Below are positions 1-10,196 of a DNA stretch of 32,190 bases, one piece after another (positions within the stretch are counted from its first letter, which is position 1; each line of letters opens with the position of its first letter). The notes below the pieces were generated by a model that worked only from the letters and a program-made list of their open reading frames with translations, had not been told where the DNA came from and did no database searches. Location of the stretch: sequence record SRR31156797_2845; one strand, 5' to 3'. A program made the position numbers and the translations under genes.

Positions 1-1494
1 GCCCATGGCAATTACAATTTGCTTGTAAGGCACAATTGAAACATCGCCAGCTGCATAAATTCCGGCTTGATTTGTTCTGCAATGTGAATCAATCTCAATT
101 TCACCTATTCTATTCGTTTTTACGGTATCCGAAAAGGCTTTACTGTTTGCGTTAAGACCAATTTGAACAAATACACCATCGGTGGTTAACACTTCTTCTT
201 GTTCGGTTTCTCTGTTCTTATATTTGATCGAATTTACTTTGCTTCCGTCACCTTCGATACTTAAAGTTTGAGCATTGGTTCTAACTTTTACATTCGATAA
301 TTGCTTAATCTTATCCTGAAGTACCTGGTCGCCTTTTAATTCGTCCATAAATTCAAGAATTTCAACCTCCGTAGCTATAGAAGATAAGTCAATGGCAGCT
401 TCCAAACCTGAGTTTCCTCCACCAATTACAACTACCTTTTTTCCTTTGTAAAATGGACCATCGCAATGGGTACAGAATGCAACACCTGAGCCTATGTAGT
501 CACTCTCGCCTGGAATATTTAGTTTTTTCCAACTAGCACCTGTTGCAATAATTAGTGCTGGTGTAGAAAGTTTTTCGTTTAAAGATGTTGTTAGTGTTTT
601 TATACCATCCACAACATCCAATTTTTCAACAATACGATTATCTAATATATCTATTGGGTAATCGTTAAGGTGTTTCATTAGGTTGCCCGATAGTTCAGCG
701 CCACTGGTTTTTGGAATTGAAATCATATTTTCGATTGAAACTGTTTCGGTAACCTGTCCTCCAATTTTCTCGGCTACAATGGCTACCGAAAAACCTTTAC
801 GGGCTGAATAAACTGCTGCAGAAACTCCTGCAGGACCACCTCCGGCAACTATAACATCATATTTTTTGTCTGGTTGTGCCTGCTGGGTAAAATCGGTACC
901 AAATTGTTCTTCTATTTTTCCCAATAATTCACCCAAGGATGAGTGACCCACATGCAATTGATTTCCATTGGCATAAATACTTGGTACAGCTTGTATGTTT
1001 AGGCTTTCAGCTTCTTCGGTATTAATAGCTCCATCAATTATTTCGTGTGAAATATTTGGATTTAGGAAGGCTAAAATATTTAATGCCTGGACAACATCTG
1101 GACAATTGGTACAGGATAGAGAAATAAAACTTTTTAGTTTCACCTTTACCGTTATTGCTTGAATTCTCTTGGTAAGAATTTCATCTGGTAAGTTTTTGCC
1201 AATTCCATCCAGATTCAATACAGCCAAAAGTAATGTTGTAAATTCATGTCCGTTTGGAACAGCTTTAAATACTACATTGGTATTTTGATTGTTTTGTAAG
1301 ATATTGAATGATAAGCCAAAAGCTTCAATAACTTCTACCGATACTTTATCGGAACAAGAAGCAACATCTTCTAATAGAGATACTAACTCCTTTTTACTTG
1401 AATGAGATGATGCAACATTAATTTGAAAAGTGTATTGATTTTTGAGAGAGGAGAATAAATCAATAACCTGTTTTTTTATTGTTTGTTCCAGCAT
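1..1494 (-). CDS. ahpF: Alkyl hydroperoxide reductase subunit F (3' end runs off window; absent from ORF track)
   Basis: Manual translation from ATG at 1494: MLEQTIKKQVIDLF..., CTNCPDVVQ, GGGPAG, CTHCDGPFYKGK, GGGNSG, ...IYAAGDVSIVPYKQIVIAMG at window edge; directly downstream of ahpC. Confidence 0.95.
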   Translation of the reverse strand, partial: MLEQTIKKQVIDLFSSLKNQYTFQINVASSHSSKKELVSLLEDVASCSDKVSVEVIEAFGLSFNILQNNQNTNVVFKAVPNGHEFTTLLLAVLNLDGIGKNLPDEILTKRIQAITVKVKLKSFISLSCTNCPDVVQALNILAFLNPNISHEIIDGAINTEEAESLNIQAVPSIYANGNQLHVGHSSLGELLGKIEEQFGTDFTQQAQPDKKYDVIVAGGGPAGVSAAVYSARKGFSVAIVAEKIGGQVTETVSIENMISIPKTSGAELSGNLMKHLNDYPIDILDNRIVEKLDVVDGIKTLTTSLNEKLSTPALIIATGASWKKLNIPGESDYIGSGVAFCTHCDGPFYKGKKVVVIGGGNSGLEAAIDLSSIATEVEILEFMDELKGDQVLQDKIKQLSNVKVRTNAQTLSIEGDGSKVNSIKYKNRETEQEEVLTTDGVFVQIGLNANSKAFSDTVKTNRIGEIEIDSHCRTNQAGIYAAGDVSIVPYKQIVIAMG

Positions 1495-1507
1495 TGTTTT
1501 TGATTTT

Positions 1508-1544
1508 AAAAAAGACAATCTCAAAGAATGTATGAGATTGTCTT
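1508..1544 (-). terminator. Intrinsic terminator/attenuating hairpin between ahpC and ahpF
   Basis: Minus strand aagacaatctca-loop-tgagattgtctt followed by T run. Confidence 0.65.
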
Positions 1545-1556
1545 GAGTGTGTGTGC

Positions 1557-2120
1557 TTATATTTTACCAACTAAATCAATACTTGGTTCAAGAGTCTCAT
1601 TTCCTTCTTGCCATTTGGCAGGACATACTTCCGAAGGATTTTTAGCTACAAATTGCAAGGCTTTTAATCGTCTTAGTAGTTCTTCTGCATTACGACCAAC
1701 ATTACCTGCAACAACTTCATAGGCTACAATTTCACCTTCAGGATTTACAATAAAAGTTCCACGTTCTGCCAAACCAACTTCTTCAATCATTACGTCGAAA
1801 CCACGAGATAAAACTCCTGTTGGATCAGCTAGCATTGGATATTGAATTTTTTTGATTGTATCTGAAGTATCGTGCCATGCTTTATGAACGAAGTGAGTAT
1901 CGGTTGATACAGAATAAATTTCGGTATCTGCAGCTTTAAATTCAGGATAAAGATTTGCAAGATCTTCTAACTCTGTAGGGCATACAAAAGTAAAATCGGC
2001 AGGATAAAAGAAAAATACAGACCACTTACCTAATAAATCTGACTTTTTAACGCTTTTAAAATCGTTGTTTACAAATGCTTGTGTTTCAAAATCTACGACT
2101 TGCTTTCCAATTTGTGACAT
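1557..2120 (-). CDS. ahpC: Alkyl hydroperoxide reductase subunit C (2-Cys peroxiredoxin)
   Basis: FFYPADFTFVCPTE and EVCPAKW motifs, 187 aa. Confidence 0.98.
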   Translation of the reverse strand: MSQIGKQVVDFETQAFVNNDFKSVKKSDLLGKWSVFFFYPADFTFVCPTELEDLANLYPEFKAADTEIYSVSTDTHFVHKAWHDTSDTIKKIQYPMLADPTGVLSRGFDVMIEEVGLAERGTFIVNPEGEIVAYEVVAGNVGRNAEELLRRLKALQFVAKNPSEVCPAKWQEGNETLEPSIDLVGKI

Positions 2121-2168
2121 ACTTTCTATTTTAATGTAATTTTTTATTGTTTGTTATTTTATCTGGTA

Positions 2169-2235
2169 CAAATCTATATTGATCATCGATATAAATCAAA
2201 TAGATAATAAATACAAAACGATAGATAAAATCAAT
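2169..2235 (-). promoter_or_regulatory. Bacteroidota sigma-A promoter for ahpCF with overlapping OxyR-like operator
   Basis: Minus strand TTTG (2197-2200)-N20-TAGATTTG (2169-2176) matches the -33/-7 consensus; tetranucleotides ATTG/ATAT/ATAG/ATAC spaced by N7 at 2178-2214 plus ATAG-N7-CAAT at 2221-2235 resemble OxyR ATAG-N7-CTAT repeats. Confidence 0.6.
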
Positions 2236-2300
2236 ACGAATAATTGGAATGCTTGATAAATGGATGTTTTCAGAGAAATTTGGACTAGGAAGAATAGGTG

Positions 2301-2339
2301 AAAAATAAACGAGCACAATATAAAAATGTGCTCGTTTTT
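2301..2339. terminator. Hairpin, probable terminator of the aminotransferase gene
   Basis: aaacgagcaca-loop-tgtgctcgttt flanked by A/T runs. Confidence 0.6.
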
Positions 2340-2410
2340 CTCATTGTAAGGTGAGAATTAGGATTTATTAATAAAAAATGTTTGTTTCGATTTATATCAA
2401 AAACAAACGA

Positions 2411-3634
2411 TCAAACTTCTACATTGTTTTTCATCAGCAAGTTAATAGATTCTGCCAAACGTTGTACTCCAATTCGGTTATTTTTTTCATCCATAAAGGA
2501 AAAATTGATTCTCATGGTATTCTTACCACTTCCATCGCAATGAAATACGGAGCCTAATACAAAAGCTACATTTTTTTCAATTGCTAGCTGGAACAGTTCT
2601 TCAGCGTCCATTCCTTCAGGTAAACTAAGAAATAAAAACAATCCTCCATCTGGTCTGGTCCAACTTACTCCTTCAGGCATAAAATCCTCAAAAGCTTGCA
2701 GCATCACATCTCTTTTTTTGTGATACATTTTAATGATTACCTTTAAATTTTTATCGAAGTAACCTTTTTCAATGTATTTAGCAGCAATCTTTTGTGTGAA
2801 TGATGCAGTACATAAATCGGTGTTCTGTTTTGCTTTTACAAATTTGTCGATTATTTTTTCGTGAGCTATCACCCAACCAATTCTAAATCCGGGTACGAAA
2901 ATTTTAGAAAAAGTTCCCAATGCCATCACATGACCTGTATTGTCCAATTCGTACATCATTCGCTGAGGTTTTCCTTCGAACCGTAATTCTCTGTATGGAC
3001 TATCTTCTATAATTAAGACATTGAATTTTTTGGCAATATTAATAATCTCTAATCTGCGAAATTCAGGCATTGTAATACCTGCAGGATTCTGGAAGTCGGG
3101 AATGACATAGATGAATTTAGGCATTTCACCATTATTTTTCATCTTAATAAGAGTTTGGTCTAATATGTCTGAACGCATTCCATACTCGTCCAATTCTATG
3201 CCTACCGGAATAGCACCATAACTTGCGAAAGCACCTAAACCACCTAAATAACTTGGCAATCCACAAATAATTTTATCTCCGCGATTGATGAATATTTTAC
3301 CTGCCAAATCCAATCCTTGCTGAGATGAGGTGAGGATCACTAAATTGTCTGTGCTAATATTCAAACCTTCTTGCCGATATCTATTGGTAAGAATCTCCCG
3401 AAGCTTTGCATCTCCTTCGGTTGCACCATATTGTAAGGCACACTTGCCATCTTCTTCAAGAACCTCACAGGAAATTTTTTTTAATTCTTCAATAGGAAAA
3501 GAGTTGGGAGCAGGAAGTCCTCCAGCAAATGAGATGATATCATCTCGTTGGGTTAGTTTCAATAATTCTCGAATTACAGACCGTTTCATGCCCTTGGCAC
3601 TGTCGGAAAGAATGTCTTCTAAATTAGTAATCAT
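2411..3634 (-). CDS. PLP-dependent class I/II aminotransferase (LysN/2-aminoadipate transaminase-like)
   Basis: SFAGGLP, QYGATEG, PDFQNPAG, EDSPY, GTFSKIFVPGFRIGW motifs; ATG at 3634 preferred over the upstream GTG at 3682. Confidence 0.9.
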   Translation of the reverse strand: MITNLEDILSDSAKGMKRSVIRELLKLTQRDDIISFAGGLPAPNSFPIEELKKISCEVLEEDGKCALQYGATEGDAKLREILTNRYRQEGLNISTDNLVILTSSQQGLDLAGKIFINRGDKIICGLPSYLGGLGAFASYGAIPVGIELDEYGMRSDILDQTLIKMKNNGEMPKFIYVIPDFQNPAGITMPEFRRLEIINIAKKFNVLIIEDSPYRELRFEGKPQRMMYELDNTGHVMALGTFSKIFVPGFRIGWVIAHEKIIDKFVKAKQNTDLCTASFTQKIAAKYIEKGYFDKNLKVIIKMYHKKRDVMLQAFEDFMPEGVSWTRPDGGLFLFLSLPEGMDAEELFQLAIEKNVAFVLGSVFHCDGSGKNTMRINFSFMDEKNNRIGVQRLAESINLLMKNNVEV

Positions 3635-3797
3635 TTTTCCCCCGTTTTTAGTAATATTTTTGGATTTTAAGCCGAAAAACACAATTTTCTACTGTAATAA
3701 ATTTACGTTTTTATTACGTTAAAACCTTGAAATTGTAAAAAAAAGGAAGTTTAAAAATTCATTTTATAACAAATAAGCCTTTTAAAATTTAAAACAG

Positions 3798-5282
3798 TCA
3801 AATTAGCTCTCGTAGCTTTTCCAATTGTTTGTTTTTATTTACATCACGCATATTTCGTGCAGTTTTTGTAAAATATTGATGGTTTGAAATGAACTTAATC
3901 TGGAGTCTGTTCCAATCATCGATACTTTTAATTTTTCCATACTCCTTTAATTCGCGGTATAAATTTCCGGAAACAGGAATAAAATCGGTCCTACCCAAAT
4001 AATCCAAATCGGCATCGCATATGATCATTTCCAAGCTTGTTTTTGGTTGTGGCGGATGTTTGGTATGCATGATTAAACTTGCAATTTCGTTAATTTGATC
4101 TTCGGAATATTTGTATTGTGGAAGTATATGACGAGCCAATTTAACACTATAGTCTTCATGATCATTGTAGGAAAGAATAAAACCTGTATCGTGGAATAAT
4201 GCTGCAGTTTTAATCAGTAGCATTTCAGCTTCGGTAATTCCTTCTTTTCTGCCTATAATTTCAACCTCAGTAATCACATCGATGGTGTGTTTCAGATTGT
4301 GATAGTAGAGGTTTTTAGGTAATTCATTTTCCATTTTGGTAAGGATGCTCTCTTCTAAATCATCATATCGAAGCATTTGGAATCGGGTTATGAAATATTC
4401 ATTGGGAACTAGTCCTTTTAAATCTGCCGACATGTTAGGCAAAAATCCTTTTACGAAGTACATGTCAATATTACCCTTATATTTTACTGGCATTCTACCG
4501 CGATACTCACAAATAAAGAATTCTTTTACGAGCATATAGGTCATTCCTGAGATGTTAATTTCATTAACTGCTCCTGAAGATTCCATCCTACTGGCAGTGT
4601 TTACCGTATCTCCCCAAATATCGTAGCTTACTTTTTTAGAACCCACAACACCAGCAATTACAGGACCAGTATGAACACCGACTCTCAATCCCCAAATAGC
4701 CTTTCTGGTTTCGCGAGAGTTAATTTTCATGCTTTTCATGTATTGCTGAATTTCCATTGCAGCTAAAACTACTTCAATTGGATTGGTTCGGTTTTTATTT
4801 GGAATTCCACCTGCACACATGTATGCATCTCCAACTGTTTTTATTTTTTCAATATTAAATTTCTCAACTACCGTATCAAAATGCATGAAGAATTTATCCA
4901 ATTCATCAATAAGGTCTTCCGGATTCATTTGTTCCACAATTTTAGTGAAACCGTGAATGTCCGAAAACAATACGGTAACCATTCTAAATCGTCGGGAAGA
5001 TACCTTTCCTTTTGTTTGGAGCTCTTCAGCCGTTTGTTTTGGTAGTAGATTAGCTAATAATTTTTCTGCTTTTTCTTTTTGATAGATCAACTCCTGGTTT
5101 TTATCGTAGAAGTCTTTTTCAATTTCACTTCTTTGCTTTCGCAATTCAATTCTAAACCATAAAAACATAAATACTATGAGGCTAAGGAGAAACAAGACAA
5201 ATAGTAAAATATTTTGTGATAAAAATGCAATTTCAAATTGTTTAAGAAATTGGAATTGAATTATGAGAGGGTATTGAGTCAT
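3798..5282 (-). CDS. Membrane-anchored class III adenylate/guanylate cyclase fused to C-terminal HD domain
   Basis: N-terminal TM helix; helix EKAEKLLANLLP; VLFSDIHGFT, EKIKTVGDAYM, YDIWGDTVNTASRMES; HD part YHNLKHT...FHDTG...HE...CDADL. Confidence 0.9.
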   Translation of the reverse strand: MTQYPLIIQFQFLKQFEIAFLSQNILLFVLFLLSLIVFMFLWFRIELRKQRSEIEKDFYDKNQELIYQKEKAEKLLANLLPKQTAEELQTKGKVSSRRFRMVTVLFSDIHGFTKIVEQMNPEDLIDELDKFFMHFDTVVEKFNIEKIKTVGDAYMCAGGIPNKNRTNPIEVVLAAMEIQQYMKSMKINSRETRKAIWGLRVGVHTGPVIAGVVGSKKVSYDIWGDTVNTASRMESSGAVNEINISGMTYMLVKEFFICEYRGRMPVKYKGNIDMYFVKGFLPNMSADLKGLVPNEYFITRFQMLRYDDLEESILTKMENELPKNLYYHNLKHTIDVITEVEIIGRKEGITEAEMLLIKTAALFHDTGFILSYNDHEDYSVKLARHILPQYKYSEDQINEIASLIMHTKHPPQPKTSLEMIICDADLDYLGRTDFIPVSGNLYRELKEYGKIKSIDDWNRLQIKFISNHQYFTKTARNMRDVNKNKQLEKLRELI

Positions 5283-5476
5283 GAATTAGTAGTTAAGATC
5301 AAAACGGTTCAGAGGTAATAAAAATAACCAAGATATTTGAATTATAAGACTTAAACCTAATTTAATCTGATTTGTGGACATGCGTTTATAAAATTTGCTA
5401 CTTTAACAAAAAATGGCTAAATTGATCTCTGGTTATGTTAAGACTTAATATTGCTGATCCTCTTTTACTCTAAACT

Positions 5477-6304
5477 ATGGAAAATACAAAACGATCATTA
5501 CTTGTAGCATGGGATTTTTCAACAGTAGCAGAATATGCACTGGAACATGCGTTAATTTTTGCGGAGAATGTAAGTGCCGAGGTAATACTTGTTCATATTG
5601 TTAAGAAAGAATCTCAAATTGAAGAAGCCAAGAAAAAAATGGCAAAAATGATTGAGGATTTTGAAAAGGAGAAAGATGTTCGTCTGGAATCAATTGTTCG
5701 GGAGGGAAGTATTTTTACTACTATTAATGATATTGCCAAGGAGATGAATACCATGTTGGTACTTATGGGAACTCATGGAATTAAAGGAATGCAGAAGCTT
5801 ACTGGCAGTTGGGCCTTGAAGGTAATTGTTGGATCGAGAGTTCCTTTTGTTGTGGTTCAGGCTCCACCGGTACAGAAAAAATATTCATCGGTAGTTTTAC
5901 CTGTTGACTTCAAGAAAGAGAACAAGGAAAAATTGAGTTGGGCTGAATTTTTAGGTAAATTTTTTAAAGCAAAAATGCGAATCATTACGCCCAAAATGCC
6001 TGAAGGTCAGATGCTACAAAGAACAAAAGCTAACTTGGTTTTTGCTAAAAAGTACTTGGAAAATAGAGGCATTGATTATGAGATTGATACAGCGGATGGA
6101 GGAAATGATTTTGCAATGGAAACTGTCGATTTCGCTAAGAAGATTGATGCTGATATCATTTTGATTATGACTACCAAAAATATTTCATTCCAGGATTACA
6201 TGCTGGGAGCTCACGAACAATTTGTTATAGCAAACTCAGCTCATATTCCTGTTATGTGTGTAAATCCACGAACTGATTTATCCAAATACGGAAGTTTTTA
6301 TTAA
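5477..6304 (+). CDS. Universal stress protein (tandem USP domains)
   Basis: LLVAWDFS...LVHIV...LVLMGTHG; second domain VVLPVDF...PVMCV; 275 aa. Confidence 0.9.
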   Translation: MENTKRSLLVAWDFSTVAEYALEHALIFAENVSAEVILVHIVKKESQIEEAKKKMAKMIEDFEKEKDVRLESIVREGSIFTTINDIAKEMNTMLVLMGTHGIKGMQKLTGSWALKVIVGSRVPFVVVQAPPVQKKYSSVVLPVDFKKENKEKLSWAEFLGKFFKAKMRIITPKMPEGQMLQRTKANLVFAKKYLENRGIDYEIDTADGGNDFAMETVDFAKKIDADIILIMTTKNISFQDYMLGAHEQFVIANSAHIPVMCVNPRTDLSKYGSFY

Positions 6305-6331
6305 TGCTTATTTTATTAATATCTATATTTG

Positions 6332-6359
6332 AACAACGGTTTTTTAGCCGTTGTTTTTT
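6332..6359 (+). terminator. Intrinsic terminator after usp
   Basis: aacaacgg-loop-ccgttgtt + T tract. Confidence 0.6.
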
Positions 6360-6387
6360 GTTTGATTAAATTGATAATAGAAGAAAA

Positions 6388-6969
6388 ATGAAGTTAGTTT
6401 TTGCGACCAATAACCCGAATAAATTAAAGGAGCTTCAGAACCTTTTAGGTGATGATATTGAATTGCTAAGTCTTGCAGATATTAATTGCAATGATGAAAT
6501 TCCTGAAGATCATGAGACATTAGAAGAGAATGCAACTCAAAAGGCTGAATACATCTATAAGAAATTTAAGTTGAATTGTTTTGCTGATGATACAGGATTG
6601 GAAATTGAAGCATTAAACAATGAACCGGGCGTCTATTCAGCAAGATACGCAGGTGTTGATAAGGATGCGAAAGCAAACATGAAAAAAGTTCTTGAAAATT
6701 TAGATGGGAAGTCGAATCGATCGGCAAGGTTCAGAACTGTAATTTCGTTGTTCTTGAATGATGAAGAGTATCAGTTTGAAGGTATTGTTAATGGGAGTAT
6801 TTTGGAAAGTGAAAGGGGAAAAGATGGATTTGGATATGATCCAATATTTGAACCTAAAGGATATTCAATCTCATTTGCAGAAATGGAAATGACAGAAAAA
6901 AATAGGATTAGTCATCGTGGTTTAGCCGTTCAGAAATTGGTAAAATTTCTCTTAAATTGTAAAAAATAG
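6388..6969 (+). CDS. rdgB: Non-canonical purine NTP pyrophosphatase (RdgB/HAM1)
   Basis: [35 protein letters not shown] motifs. Confidence 0.95.
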   Translation: MKLVFATNNPNKLKELQNLLGDDIELLSLADINCNDEIPEDHETLEENATQKAEYIYKKFKLNCFADDTGLEIEALNNEPGVYSARYAGVDKDAKANMKKVLENLDGKSNRSARFRTVISLFLNDEEYQFEGIVNGSILESERGKDGFGYDPIFEPKGYSISFAEMEMTEKNRISHRGLAVQKLVKFLLNCKK

Positions 6970-6988
6970 CCAACTATTATAAGTTATT

Positions 6989-9259
6989 ATGCGACAGCTG
7001 TATATTGTAGTTTTATTGATGTTCAACTTTATTTATTTAGGGGCACAGGAATTTACATCGTGGACAGAACATCTGCCTTATAGAAAGGCGATAAATCTTG
7101 TCGCGAATAATGAAAATATTTTTTGCCTGACTAAGTCCGGTTTGTTTTCTTATTCTATAAACGATAATGAAATTGTCAGCTATAGTAAGACAAAAGGTTT
7201 GTCGGATGTTGATATTACAGCAATTGAATGGTCACAAGAGCAGAATTCTTTATTGATAGGATATGATAATGGTAATTTGGATCTGATAAAAGACAATGAG
7301 ATTATTAATATCCCAGAGATTAGTAAATTCTCTGCTATTGATAACAAAACAATTAATTCCATAACGGTTTCGGGAAGTTTTGCTTATTTAGGAACTGATT
7401 TTGGAATTGTACTTCTTAATATTGATAAAGAAGAGGTAACTGATACTTATATTATTGGCGAAGGAGGAAAGAGACTAAAAGTGAACGATGTTGTGCTAAG
7501 TTCAGATGAAATTTGGGCAGCAAGTGAAGAGGGTATTTACAATGCAAAGCTTAACTCCCCAAATTTGGTCGATTTCAATAATTGGAATCTGATTAGTGAT
7601 ATTCCCGTTATTAATCGGGAGTGTAAGGATTTGGAAATTATTGGTACTGATTTATTTGTGTTGCGATCAAACTTTGGAAATACCAGTGAAATTTATAAGT
7701 TTTCTAATAATTCCTGGTCAGTATTTCAGTCCAATACGAGTCAAATTTATACGATTAGAAATATTAATGATAATTTATGGTTGTGCCAGTCGAATATTAT
7801 TAAAGAGTTAAGCGTAAATGGTATACAACAATCTTCTATAGCATTTGATGGTGATGATGATTTTAGAGATGTGAATCAGGTAAATAGCAGACTTTTTATT
7901 GCCGATTATCAGCGTTCTTTGGTTGAAACACAGGGGGATTCATATGAAACAATTAAGCCTGATGGACCTATGAGATCTGATATTAGCGCGATACATTCAA
8001 TTGGAGATCAAACATGGGCAGTTGCAGGAAATTATGATGATCTTTATCAAAACACAAATGTACCTGCTGAATTATTTCTGTACGAATCTAAAAATTGGAA
8101 AAATTTCACTCAGGAAAATACAGAGAATTTATCTGGAAAGTTTGATTTGGTTGATATTACGTCTAATCAGCGAAATGAATCCAGAATATACACAGCTTCG
8201 TGGGGAGATGGAATTTTCTTATTTGAAAATCAGGAGTTAAAAACAAATTGGAATTCAGGTAATTCGCCTTTAGGTTCAAAAGGTGTAATTTCAATGTCCT
8301 CGGATCCTGATGGGAATTTATGGGTTTTGGATGCAAACTCTGCTGATGCTATTAAGGTGTTAAACTATGAAGGAGAGTGGAATTCTCTTGCTTATAATAG
8401 TTTGAGTAATCAAGTTGATTTGCGAAAAATTATTGCACTTAATAATGGCGACAAATGGGTATTACGAGCAGTTGGAAAATCAATGTTTGCATTTAATGAA
8501 AATGGTACAGTTGCCAATAATGATGATGATGTTAGCGCTTCATTTTCAGTTCGTGATGAAAACAATTCAACCATTACCTCTAAGGTGTATGATTTGGTAG
8601 AAGATCAGGAAGGAAGCGTTTGGTTGGCTACTTCAAGTGGAGTAGTTGTTTATGCTGATCCGGGAACGATCTTTCGAAATGGTGATTTTTATGCCTATCG
8701 CCCAATAATTACAATAGAAGGATCAACTCAATATCTACTGTCAACTGAAAAAGTTATTAGTATTACTACAAATGGAGCCAACCAAAAATGGCTGGGGACG
8801 GAAAGTTCAGGGGTATTCTTAGTTTCAGAAAATGGGGATGAACAATTGGCACATTTCAATACCAACAACAGCCCTTTACCATCTAATAAAATCGATGAAA
8901 TTTCGGTAAATCCGGGAACGGGAGAAGTGTTTTTTGTCACCGATAAGGGAATGGTTTCCTATAGAGGAAAAGTAACGGAAGGAACAGATAATTATAGTGA
9001 TTTATACGTATATCCTAATCCGGTTCGAGAGACTTATAAGGGAGACGTAACTGTAAGTGGATTAATTACCGATTCTACGGTAAAAATTACCGATGTAAGT
9101 GGAAATTTGGTTTGGGAAGGAAAATCGGAAGGTGGACAATTTATTTGGAACGGTAAGAATTTTAATGGTTCTCGAGTCCATACGGGTGTCTATCTGATAT
9201 TCTGTTCAAATTCTGATGGATCTAAATCAAAAGTGATTAAATTGTTATTTATTCACTAG
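6989..9259 (+). CDS. porZ: T9SS component PorZ-like beta-propeller protein with type A CTD
   Basis: Signal peptide, WTEHLPY start, propeller repeats, C-terminal VYPNP...G...KLLFIH; ~756 aa; upstream of recO as typical in Bacteroidota. Confidence 0.85.
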   Translation: MRQLYIVVLLMFNFIYLGAQEFTSWTEHLPYRKAINLVANNENIFCLTKSGLFSYSINDNEIVSYSKTKGLSDVDITAIEWSQEQNSLLIGYDNGNLDLIKDNEIINIPEISKFSAIDNKTINSITVSGSFAYLGTDFGIVLLNIDKEEVTDTYIIGEGGKRLKVNDVVLSSDEIWAASEEGIYNAKLNSPNLVDFNNWNLISDIPVINRECKDLEIIGTDLFVLRSNFGNTSEIYKFSNNSWSVFQSNTSQIYTIRNINDNLWLCQSNIIKELSVNGIQQSSIAFDGDDDFRDVNQVNSRLFIADYQRSLVETQGDSYETIKPDGPMRSDISAIHSIGDQTWAVAGNYDDLYQNTNVPAELFLYESKNWKNFTQENTENLSGKFDLVDITSNQRNESRIYTASWGDGIFLFENQELKTNWNSGNSPLGSKGVISMSSDPDGNLWVLDANSADAIKVLNYEGEWNSLAYNSLSNQVDLRKIIALNNGDKWVLRAVGKSMFAFNENGTVANNDDDVSASFSVRDENNSTITSKVYDLVEDQEGSVWLATSSGVVVYADPGTIFRNGDFYAYRPIITIEGSTQYLLSTEKVISITTNGANQKWLGTESSGVFLVSENGDEQLAHFNTNNSPLPSNKIDEISVNPGTGEVFFVTDKGMVSYRGKVTEGTDNYSDLYVYPNPVRETYKGDVTVSGLITDSTVKITDVSGNLVWEGKSEGGQFIWNGKNFNGSRVHTGVYLIFCSNSDGSKSKVIKLLFIH

Positions 9260-9267
9260 AAATTATC

Positions 9268-9993
9268 ATGTTACATCAAACCAAAGGCATTGTTTTAAAT
9301 AGGGTACAATATGGTGAAACCAGCCTGATTGTTCATGTCTACACGGAAAAATTTGGTAGGCAAGCCTACATGGTGAAAGGTAGTCGCTCCAAAAAATCAA
9401 AAAGCAAGAGCAACTTGTTTCGTCCATTTTTTCTTCTCGAAATGGAAGTGTACCACAAAGAGGGAAAAAACATCCAATCCTTAAAAGAGGTGCGATTAAC
9501 TGAAACTTTAAATAATATACTCTTTGATGTTGAGAAAAGTACGATGGCATTATTTCTTACTGAAGTCTTGTCTAAAGTTTTGCGGGAAGAAGAAGCCAAT
9601 CAGGAATTGTTCGTATTTCTTTACAATTGCATTCGATATTTGGATTTGTGTGAAGATTCCATACAAAATTTTCATTTGTACTTTTTAACCAAGCTAACTC
9701 GCTTCCTGGGTTTTTATCCTCAGCTAAATTGGTCCGATGAATATCCTGTTTTTGATATGGATAATGGACGTTTTGTAGAAGAGGTAAATTCTCATGCACA
9801 TTGCTTGGGAAAACAAGAAAGCGAAACGCTTTATTCTTTATTTAACACTTCAATTGATGATCTTAATGAATTAAAAATCAAGAACAAAGAGTTTGATTTA
9901 ATTTTGAGAGGAGTTTTAAACTTTTATGCACTGCAAAGTCAAGGTTTTTCTTCCTTAAAGTCTCTTGCGGTTATCAGAGAATTATTCGAATAG
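9268..9993 (+). CDS. recO: DNA repair protein RecO
   Basis: TKGIVL...YGETSLIVHVYTEKFGR OB fold; LGFYP; C-terminal LKSLAVIRELF. Confidence 0.95.
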   Translation: MLHQTKGIVLNRVQYGETSLIVHVYTEKFGRQAYMVKGSRSKKSKSKSNLFRPFFLLEMEVYHKEGKNIQSLKEVRLTETLNNILFDVEKSTMALFLTEVLSKVLREEEANQELFVFLYNCIRYLDLCEDSIQNFHLYFLTKLTRFLGFYPQLNWSDEYPVFDMDNGRFVEEVNSHAHCLGKQESETLYSLFNTSIDDLNELKIKNKEFDLILRGVLNFYALQSQGFSSLKSLAVIRELFE

Positions 9994-10082
9994 GATTATT
10001 TTCACAAAGATTTTATTTTATCTATATAGTTTGAATAATTCTTTTGTTGATTAGTAGGAATTTGTATTTTTGCATGTCTTAT

Positions 10083-10154
10083 GGCCCCATAGTTCAAGGG
10101 ATAGAACAAGTGTTTCCTAAACACTAGATGCAGGTTCGAGTCCTGCTGGGGCTA
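10083..10154 (+). tRNA. tRNA-Arg (anticodon CCT)
   Basis: Acceptor GGCCCCA/TGGGGCT, D arm GTTC/GAAC, anticodon stem AGTGT-TTCCTAA-ACACT, T arm GCAGG-TTCGAGT-CCTGC; TATTTTTG promoter element at 10065-10072. Confidence 0.95.
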
Positions 10155-10158
10155 CCCA

Positions 10159-10196
10159 ATAAAAAAAGCTGATAGTTATATCAGCTTTTTTTATTT
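10159..10196 (+). terminator. Intrinsic terminator after tRNA-Arg
   Basis: aaaaaaagctgata-loop-tatcagcttttttt. Confidence 0.85.
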
